NCBI GenBank assembly: GCA_024137785.1
Contig: JAHRHZ010000144.1
Location: 36,482,672-36,546,671 of the forward strand
DNA from: Ginglymostoma cirratum
Lineage: Eukaryota
Length of the DNA stretch: 64,000 nt
Direction: 5' to 3'
The notes under the pieces are model-generated. The model saw only the letters and a list, made by a program, of their open reading frames with translations. It did no database searches and was not told the origin of the DNA. This document shows, one piece after another, positions 63,101 to 64,000 of the stretch (within the stretch, counting starts at the first letter, position 1; every line of letters begins with the position of its first letter). Both the position numbers and the translations under genes were made by a program.

Positions 63101-64000
63101 TACCTCATCCACCTGCAGCAGATACCACTTTGAGACCAATGTTTAAGCGCTTGTTGGCAAATGCAGAATGTATGGAAGGCCAAAGCATTCGTTTTGAATG
63201 CAGGGTGTCTGGCATACCACCTCCTGCTCTGAAATGGGAGAAAGATGGACAGGCTTTGGCACTAGGTCCAAATGTTGAAATTGTCCATGAAGGTTTGGAC
63301 TACTATGTTCTGCACATTAGAGATACTTTACCAGAAGACTCCGGCATTTACAGAATCACTGCGACTAACAGTGCTGGATCTGCGAGCTGCCAGGCCTATC
63401 TAAAAGTTGAACGTATGACCTATGTCAAGCGTCAGTATGAGAGTGAAGAGGAACGGCGGCAACATGCTGAGAAGCAAATGAACAAGACTATAAGAATGGC
63501 GGAAATTCTTGCAAACATTGAAGCAGTTCCGCTGACAGCAGTAGCAAAGCAAGCTCTGCGAGAAGCTGAAATAATGTACAAGCCAGCTGTCAGCACCAAG
63601 AACGTAAAAGGCGAATATGAAATTACAAAGGTAGAGAAACAGAAGGAAGAAAAACGACTTCGCATGCCTTATGAAATTCCAGAATCTCGTGTGCATGCAG
63701 CAAGTGCAATTGAAGAAGATAAAGAAATCAAATATTTTGTGCCATTGTCTGAAATGAAATGGTACAGGAAATTGAGAGACCATTATGAAATGCCAGGGCC
63801 TATAGAGAGAATTGTAACAAAACGACCAAAACGAATCCGTCTCTCAAGGTGGGAGCAGTTTTATGTCATGCCTTTGCCACGTTTTACTGATCAGTATAAA
63901 CCTAAATGGCGCATACCAAAAATATCACAAGATGATCTTGAAACAGTTAGACCAGCTCGAAGGCGCACACCATCTCCTGACTATGAAATGTACTACAGAC
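1..64000 (+). CDS. TTN: titin (connectin) gene, partial: A-band D4 through kinase to M-is2; 65 exons, open at both window edges
   Basis: Ig/FN3 domains in the titin 7- and 11-domain super-repeat order, followed by a titin kinase ([14 protein letters not shown]) and M-band Ig domains. Exons splice in frame via GT-AG phase-1 introns. Confidence 0.99.
239..541 (+). CDS. TTN: titin exon (~ex295), FN3
   Basis: catag|AT; [10 protein letters not shown]...KEPI; donor T|GTAAGT; 303 nt; absent from the ORF track. Confidence 0.93.
646..948 (+). CDS. TTN: titin exon (~ex296), FN3
   Basis: tgcag|CT; [11 protein letters not shown]...KDQL; G|GTAAGC; 303 nt. Confidence 0.93.
1030..1311 (+). CDS. TTN: titin exon (~ex297), Ig
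   Basis: tttag|AA; [12 protein letters not shown]...VTVV; G|GTAAGT; 282 nt. Confidence 0.92.
1401..1700 (+). CDS. TTN: titin exon (~ex298), FN3
   Basis: ttcag|AT; DRPQPPVGP...KDRF; A|GTGAGT; 300 nt. Confidence 0.93.
1833..1921. mobile_element. truncated copy of a Penelope-like terminal-repeat (hammerhead-motif) element with a 16-bp TSD
   Basis: GAAGGGTCTAGGCCCGAAACGTC...CTTGTTATCT closely matches 19382-19469. Flanked by TAGATTCTTGATTACA (1817-1832) and TAGAATCTTGATTACA (1922-1937). Confidence 0.8.
2102..2404 (+). CDS. TTN: titin exon (~ex299), FN3
   Basis: tgaag|GC; SVPEAPEQP...KDPI; G|GTATAT; 303 nt. Confidence 0.92.
2507..2815 (+). CDS. TTN: titin exon (~ex300), FN3
   Basis: tccag|TC; VKPSPPINP...KDRL; G|GTGAGT; 309 nt. 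Confidence 0.93.
2887..3236 (+). mobile_element. tRNA-derived SINE of elasmobranch type, near full length
   Basis: Pol III A box TAGCCTAGTGG (2896-2906), B box GTTCAAATCC (2959-2968), 3' tail ending (GAAT)n plus an A-rich run; intronic. Confidence 0.8.
3293..3574 (+). CDS. TTN: titin exon (~ex301), Ig (start of D5)
   Basis: tacag|AG; [10 protein letters not shown]...VAIL; G|GTAATA; 282 nt. Confidence 0.93.
3686..3985 (+). CDS. TTN: titin exon (~ex302), FN3
   Basis: tacag|AT; DKPGPPRNL...IDPI; T|GTAAGA; 300 nt. Confidence 0.93.
4089..4382 (+). CDS. TTN: titin exon (~ex303), FN3
   Basis: tatag|CT; [10 protein letters not shown]...QEKL; G|GTTAGT; 294 nt. Confidence 0.92.
4483..7449 (+). CDS. 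TTN: titin large exon (~ex304), 10 domains (3 Ig + 7 FN3)
   Basis: tatag|TA; VSPSVDID...KDPM; G|GTATTT; 2967 nt within ORF 4455..7484. Confidence 0.95.
7557..7877 (+). CDS. TTN: titin exon (~ex305), FN3 (end of D-zone)
   Basis: cacag|AA; EPPGPPVGL...KEVL; G|GTAGGC; 321 nt. Confidence 0.93.
7995..8279 (+). CDS. TTN: titin exon (~ex306), Ig, first domain of C-zone repeat C1
   Basis: tttag|AA; [13 protein letters not shown]...VIVL; G|GTGAGT; 285 nt. Confidence 0.93.
8650..10564 (+). mobile_element. degenerate, 5'-truncated CR1-clade LINE (ORF2 RT region + 3' UTR)
   Basis: Decayed RT motifs [16 protein letters not shown] (9121), [16 protein letters not shown] (9461) and [17 protein letters not shown] (~9684, the FADD motif); many stops and frameshifts; CR1-like 3' end. 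Start approximate. Confidence 0.82.
10604..10903 (+). CDS. TTN: titin exon (~ex307), FN3
   Basis: ttcag|AC; DTPGPVSDF...RDPI; A|GTGAGT; 300 nt. Confidence 0.93.
11058..11360 (+). CDS. TTN: titin exon (~ex308), FN3
   Basis: tttag|GT; SEPDPPRKL...KEQL; A|GTAAGT; 303 nt. Confidence 0.93.
12052..12330 (-). mobile_element. old, degenerate DeuSINE-like (SacSINE1/LmeSINE-type) SINE relic
   Basis: The + strand blocks AAGTTGCATTTATTAGATGCTTT, GGTAGCCATTT...AAGGTCTCATAAACAACAATG and GGCACATCCAACAAT resemble the reverse complement of the DeuSINE tail and body as I recall it; heavily diverged. Confidence 0.5.
12369..12644 (+). CDS. TTN: titin exon (~ex309), Ig
   Basis: tgcag|TT; IAPKIIMPE...IVVM; G|GTATGT; 276 nt. 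Confidence 0.93.
12727..12812 (+). mobile_element. 3' end of an HE1-like SINE / CR1-type tail
   Basis: GGGATGCTCTTTGGAGGGTCAGTGTAGACTCGAGGGGCCAAATGGCCTGCTTCCGCACTGTAGGG ending in the tandem tail (ATTCTATG)2. Confidence 0.65.
12817..13570 (+). mobile_element. CR1-clade LINE 3' fragment, interrupted by a nested insertion at 13186-13284
   Basis: ORF2 C-terminal remnants ([16 protein letters not shown]; TTTACCAGACTGATTCCTGGGATG; AATTTCTTCACCCAGAGAGTG...CTGTGGAAT) and a CR1-type 3' UTR ending GTTTCTATG. Confidence 0.82.
13186..13284. mobile_element. short Penelope-like terminal-repeat fragment nested in CR1, with a 12-bp TSD
   Basis: Flanked by CATAGTCTAAGG (13174-13185) and CATAGACTAAGG (13285-13296); contains GCAGGTCTAGCAGCATCTGTGGAGA and an internal inverted repeat CAAAAACAGA...TCTGTTTTTG. 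Confidence 0.7.
13613..13912 (+). CDS. TTN: titin exon (~ex310), FN3
   Basis: ttcag|AT; [10 protein letters not shown]...RYQF; G|GTAAGC; 300 nt. Confidence 0.93.
14007..14309 (+). CDS. TTN: titin exon (~ex311), FN3
   Basis: gacag|AT; [10 protein letters not shown]...RTPV; G|GTAAGT; 303 nt. Confidence 0.93.
14450..14749 (+). CDS. TTN: titin exon (~ex312), FN3
   Basis: aacag|AT; DPPGKPEPI...VAEQ; G|GTATGA; 300 nt. Confidence 0.93.
14868..15155 (+). CDS. TTN: titin exon (~ex313), Ig
   Basis: tacag|TT; VAPKIDLG...LKVL; G|GTAAAA; 288 nt. Confidence 0.93.
15410..15706 (+). CDS. TTN: titin exon (~ex314), FN3
   Basis: gccag|AT; DKPGPPASI...KNPY; A|GTAAGT; 297 nt. Confidence 0.93.
15801..16103 (+). 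CDS. TTN: titin exon (~ex315), FN3
   Basis: tacag|AT; VPGPCDPP...LDPL; T|GTAAGT; 303 nt. Confidence 0.93.
16195..16500 (+). CDS. TTN: titin exon (~ex316), FN3
   Basis: ctcag|AT; [10 protein letters not shown]...KDIL; A|GTAGGT; 306 nt. Confidence 0.93.
16561..16735. mobile_element. old inverted pair of Penelope-like terminal-repeat fragments
   Basis: CTCAGTAAGTCAGGCATCATCTGTGAAG is imperfectly inverted to TCCACAAATGCTGCCGGACCTTCTGA...GATTTCCAGTGCCTGTAGTATTTT; related to 13186 and 19783. Confidence 0.55.
17393..17680 (+). CDS. TTN: titin exon (~ex317), Ig (C2 start)
   Basis: aacag|TT; [12 protein letters not shown]...VKVL; G|GTAAGT; 288 nt. Confidence 0.93.
17796..18086 (+). CDS. TTN: titin exon (~ex318), FN3
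   Basis: attag|AT; DTPGPPVNL...VRAS; G|GTAATT; 291 nt. Confidence 0.93.
18180..18467 (+). CDS. TTN: titin exon (~ex319), FN3
   Basis: tgcag|AA (NAGNAG acceptor); EEPGPVIDL...RDQV; G|GTAAGT; 288 nt. Confidence 0.9.
19180..19467. mobile_element. palindromic non-autonomous Penelope-like element with a minimal hammerhead motif and a 16-bp TSD
   Basis: Arms 19215-19296 and 19374-19455 are reverse complements at 79/82 positions. TSD CTCTACCTAAACTGTT (19164-19179) / CTCTACTTAAACTGTT (19468-19483). Confidence 0.85.
19377..19404 (+). ncRNA. putative minimal type I hammerhead ribozyme core (Penelope-type)
   Basis: CUGAAGA-U-[GGGU CUAG GCCC stem II]-GAAAC-GUC; palindromic ACGU in place of stem III; stem I weak; activity untested. 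Confidence 0.5.
19783..19915. mobile_element. degenerate Penelope-like terminal-repeat copy
   Basis: CAAAAGCAAAATACTGCCGATGCTTGAGATCTGA...CTGGCAGCAGCTGTGTAGAGAGAAA...GTGTCCAAAATGACTCTCCTTCAC; same layout as 19181-19296 but more diverged. Confidence 0.55.
19960..20265 (+). mobile_element. CR1-like LINE 3' fragment, highly decayed
   Basis: TCAGAACAAGGGGTCACACTCTTAAAAT ... CAGCCAAGATCTAATTGAATGG...AAGAGGCTGAATG resembles the CR1 3' end at 13160-13570. Confidence 0.6.
20605..21192 (+). CDS. TTN: titin exon (~ex320), Ig + FN3
   Basis: aacag|TA; VPPNIDLRD...RHPF; G|GTAAGC; 588 nt. Confidence 0.93.
21283..21387 (+). CDS. TTN: titin exon (~ex321), N-terminal third of a split FN3
   Basis: ccaag|AT; DVPDAPLPP...GGSPIT; G|GTACAT; 105 nt. 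Confidence 0.9.
21473..21670 (+). CDS. TTN: titin exon (~ex322), C-terminal part of the split FN3
   Basis: accag|GT; [14 protein letters not shown]...LDPI; G|GTAAGT; 198 nt; absent from the ORF track. Confidence 0.92.
21765..22061 (+). CDS. TTN: titin exon (~ex323), FN3
   Basis: tccag|AT; DPPGKPEVI...QDEY; G|GTAAGT; 297 nt. Confidence 0.93.
22159..22746 (+). CDS. TTN: titin exon (~ex324), Ig + FN3
   Basis: cacag|TG; VAPTIVIDP...VDSF; G|GTAATT; 588 nt. Confidence 0.93.
22845..23147 (+). CDS. TTN: titin exon (~ex325), FN3
   Basis: cttag|GT; [11 protein letters not shown]...KDVA; T|GTAAGT; 303 nt; absent from the + strand ORF track. Confidence 0.93.
23268..40373 (+). CDS. TTN: titin giant A-band exon (~human ex326), 17,106 nt, ~58 Ig/FN3 domains
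   Basis: tacag|AT ... ACAG|GTAATT; lies inside the uninterrupted 5738-aa ORF; covers the end of C2 through the start of C8. Confidence 0.97.
40485..40600 (-). mobile_element. short tRNA-derived SINE (~115 nt)
   Basis: Minus strand reads CCCTCTTGTGTTGCAGTAGTAG (A-box-like)...CCCAGGTTGAAGTGCC (B-box-like)...GTTGATTGG followed by A8. Confidence 0.65.
40889..41185 (+). CDS. TTN: titin exon (~ex327), FN3
   Basis: ttcag|AA; EKPSTPERL...KEQL; G|GTAATT; 297 nt. Confidence 0.93.
41337..41924 (+). CDS. TTN: titin exon (~ex328), Ig + FN3
   Basis: ttcag|AA; ESPEINMKN...KLPY; A|GTAAGT; 588 nt. Confidence 0.93.
42036..42338 (+). CDS. TTN: titin exon (~ex329), FN3
   Basis: tacag|CA; [10 protein letters not shown]...IDPC; G|GTATGA; 303 nt. 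Confidence 0.93.
42444..42740 (+). CDS. TTN: titin exon (~ex330), FN3
   Basis: ctcag|AA; [10 protein letters not shown]...HDTF; G|GTAACT; 297 nt. Confidence 0.93.
42839..43126 (+). CDS. TTN: titin exon (~ex331), Ig
   Basis: tgtag|GT; GAPQVDLP...LLIL; G|GTATGT; 288 nt. Confidence 0.92.
43216..43515 (+). CDS. TTN: titin exon (~ex332), FN3
   Basis: tacag|AC; DKPGPPIGP...KNAF; G|GTAAGA; 300 nt. Confidence 0.93.
43599..43901 (+). CDS. TTN: titin exon (~ex333), FN3
   Basis: aatag|TT; VTPGQPSRP...ADPI; G|GTACGT; 303 nt. Confidence 0.93.
44005..44310 (+). CDS. TTN: titin exon (~ex334), FN3
   Basis: ttcag|AC; DQPGQPTKL...KDIL; G|GTAAGT; 306 nt. Confidence 0.93.
44411..46177 (+). CDS. TTN: titin exon (~ex335), 6 domains (C9 start)
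   Basis: tgcag|AA (NAGNAG acceptor); EEPEIDLDV...VSPV; G|GTAAGT; 1767 nt. Confidence 0.94.
46285..46578 (+). CDS. TTN: titin exon (~ex336), FN3
   Basis: gtcag|AT; DPPGTPDYI...RDES; A|GTAAGT; 294 nt. Confidence 0.93.
46682..46969 (+). CDS. TTN: titin exon (~ex337), Ig
   Basis: cacag|TA; IPPSIEFGA...IRVQ; G|GTATTT; 288 nt. Confidence 0.92.
47100..47399 (+). CDS. TTN: titin exon (~ex338), FN3
   Basis: cttag|AT; DTPGPPIGP...QIPY; A|GTATGT; 300 nt. Confidence 0.92.
47523..49589 (+). CDS. TTN: titin exon (~ex339), 7 domains
   Basis: cacag|CT; TVPDEPGTP...EHPF; G|GTAAGT; 2067 nt. Confidence 0.94.
49699..50001 (+). CDS. TTN: titin exon (~ex340), FN3
   Basis: tgtag|TT; VPPSPPTRP...QNPV; G|GTAAGT; 303 nt. 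Confidence 0.92.
50117..50422 (+). CDS. TTN: titin exon (~ex341), FN3
   Basis: taaag|AT; DPPGQPEVT...KDEY; G|GTATGT; 306 nt. Confidence 0.91.
50532..50822 (+). CDS. TTN: titin exon (~ex342), Ig
   Basis: tacag|TA; VPPKAELDS...VKVL; G|GTAGGT; 291 nt. Confidence 0.93.
50932..51231 (+). CDS. TTN: titin exon (~ex343), FN3 A150
   Basis: gttag|AT; DSPGPCDGP...RNTF; A|GTGAGT; 300 nt. Confidence 0.93.
51342..51647 (+). CDS. TTN: titin exon (~ex344), FN3
   Basis: aatag|CG; TIPSPPGEP...KEPT; T|GTAAGC; 306 nt. Confidence 0.92.
51741..52046 (+). CDS. TTN: titin exon (~ex345), FN3
   Basis: tacag|AT; TPAPPSAPR...EERL; G|GTTTGT; 306 nt. Confidence 0.92.
52316..52597 (+). CDS. TTN: titin exon (~ex346), Ig (C11 start)
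   Basis: tctag|AA; [10 protein letters not shown]...VKVY; G|GTATGT; 282 nt. Confidence 0.93.
52705..53298 (+). CDS. TTN: titin exon (~ex347), 2 FN3
   Basis: ctcag|AT; DTPGPPAAV...QDQR; G|GTATGT; 594 nt. Confidence 0.93.
53435..53722 (+). CDS. TTN: titin exon (~ex348), Ig
   Basis: tacag|TG; VVPSIDLAG...VIIL; G|GTAAGT; 288 nt. Confidence 0.93.
53886..54185 (+). CDS. TTN: titin exon (~ex349), FN3
   Basis: ctcag|AT; DKPGQPAGS...KSAI; A|GTAAGT; 300 nt. Confidence 0.93.
54935..55190. mobile_element. decayed CR1-like 3' end fragments, probably one on each strand
   Basis: CCTCCTCCCACC...AACCCTATCAGCATATC (minus-strand type) followed by GGCATTAGATAAATGTAC...GGGGAGAAGTAGGAGAAATGTGACTAATTGGAT...GGCCAAATG (plus-strand, like 10420-10560). 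Confidence 0.4.
55609..55911 (+). CDS. TTN: titin exon (~ex350), FN3
   Basis: aatag|AT; IPGPPGTPH...MDPI; G|GTAATG; 303 nt. Confidence 0.93.
56440..56742 (+). CDS. TTN: titin exon (~ex351), FN3
   Basis: tatag|AT; DPPGKPQNP...TEML; G|GTGAGA; 303 nt. Confidence 0.93.
57328..57912 (+). CDS. TTN: titin exon (~ex352), Ig + FN3
   Basis: ttcag|AA; EYPDYELDH...KTPL; A|GTAAGT; 585 nt. Confidence 0.93.
58024..58329 (+). CDS. TTN: titin exon (~ex353), FN3
   Basis: tctag|AT; PPEPPSNPP...KDPF; G|GTAGGT; 306 nt. Confidence 0.93.
58461..58760 (+). CDS. TTN: titin exon (~ex354), FN3 (end of C-zone)
   Basis: cacag|AT; DKPSQPGEI...TKLT; T|GTATGT; 300 nt. Confidence 0.92.
58850..59425 (+). CDS. TTN: titin exon (~ex355), P-zone Ig A164-A165
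   Basis: aacag|CT; SGEEPCVKQ...VEIQ; G|GTAATG; 576 nt. Confidence 0.93.
59512..59817 (+). CDS. TTN: titin exon (~ex356), FN3 A166
   Basis: tatag|AT; DKPDMPEGP...KSPY; G|GTAAAT; 306 nt. Confidence 0.93.
59906..60499 (+). CDS. TTN: titin exon (~ex357), FN3 A167 + Ig A168
   Basis: tgcag|AG; EKPGIPAKP...LDVD; G|GTATGT; 594 nt. Confidence 0.93.
60594..60713. repeat. degenerate palindromic (MITE-like) intronic element
   Basis: Perfect central hairpin TTTCCATTGA-AA-TCAATGGAAA (60652-60673) and outer inverted repeat GCAAAATGGATCAACA / TGTTGCCCATTTTGC. Confidence 0.55.
60815..64000 (+). CDS. TTN: titin exon Mex1 (~ex358), 5' part: Ig A169, FN3 A170, kinase, M1-M3, start of M-is2; runs off the window
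   Basis: tccag|TT; [23 protein letters not shown]... open in frame +1 to the window end, so missing from the ORF track. M1 ~62449-62727, M2 ~62818-63099, M3 ~63136-63408. Confidence 0.96.
61504..62268 (+). other. TTN: titin kinase (pseudokinase) domain; preceded by the NYD linker motif (61420-61428) and followed by the C-terminal regulatory tail (~62269-62448)
   Basis: [18 protein letters not shown]...YMAKFVK...HFDIRPDN...KIVELGQAR...EYAAPE...DMWSVG...[13 protein letters not shown]. Confidence 0.95.

Noticed and set aside
578-63783. Numerous minus-strand ORFs of 60-238 aa (e.g. 52746..53462, 62338..63012, 47603..48115)
   Set aside because: They are antisense shadows of titin codon structure, recur at equivalent repeat positions and show no independent domain signatures.
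1-64000. Prokaryote-style operon or defence system, or many separate small FN3 genes
   Set aside because: All + strand ORFs join through canonical splice sites into one titin reading frame; the ORF-track start codons are intronic or internal artefacts.

Overview
Eukaryotic genomic DNA, AT-rich, containing the 3' half of one titin (TTN) gene on the + strand. The repeat families suggest a cartilaginous fish, probably a shark (inferred). By reading the splice junctions I resolve 65 coding exons (first and last cut by the window edges) separated by 64 GT-AG introns, all phase 1. Every complete exon length is a multiple of 3. The exons encode D-zone 7-domain super-repeats D4-D6, all eleven 11-domain C-zone super-repeats, the P-zone, the titin (pseudo)kinase, M-band Ig M1-M3 and the start of M-is2. 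They map 1:1 onto human exons ~294-358 (363-exon numbering, from memory), including a 17,106-nt giant exon. The ORF track misses the kinase exon because it has no stop codon inside the window. Most introns are ~80-150 nt; the longer ones hold CR1 LINE relics, tRNA-derived SINEs, a DeuSINE-like relic and several copies of short Penelope-like terminal repeats. I found no new protein-coding system. The best candidate for something little described is a TSD-flanked, palindromic, non-autonomous element at 19180-19467. It carries a minimal hammerhead-ribozyme core in the sense of the titin pre-mRNA and forms an 82-bp stem. The kinase also has notable substitutions: ELG for DFG, GRGHFS in the Gly loop, and Ala at the human Tyr170 position.
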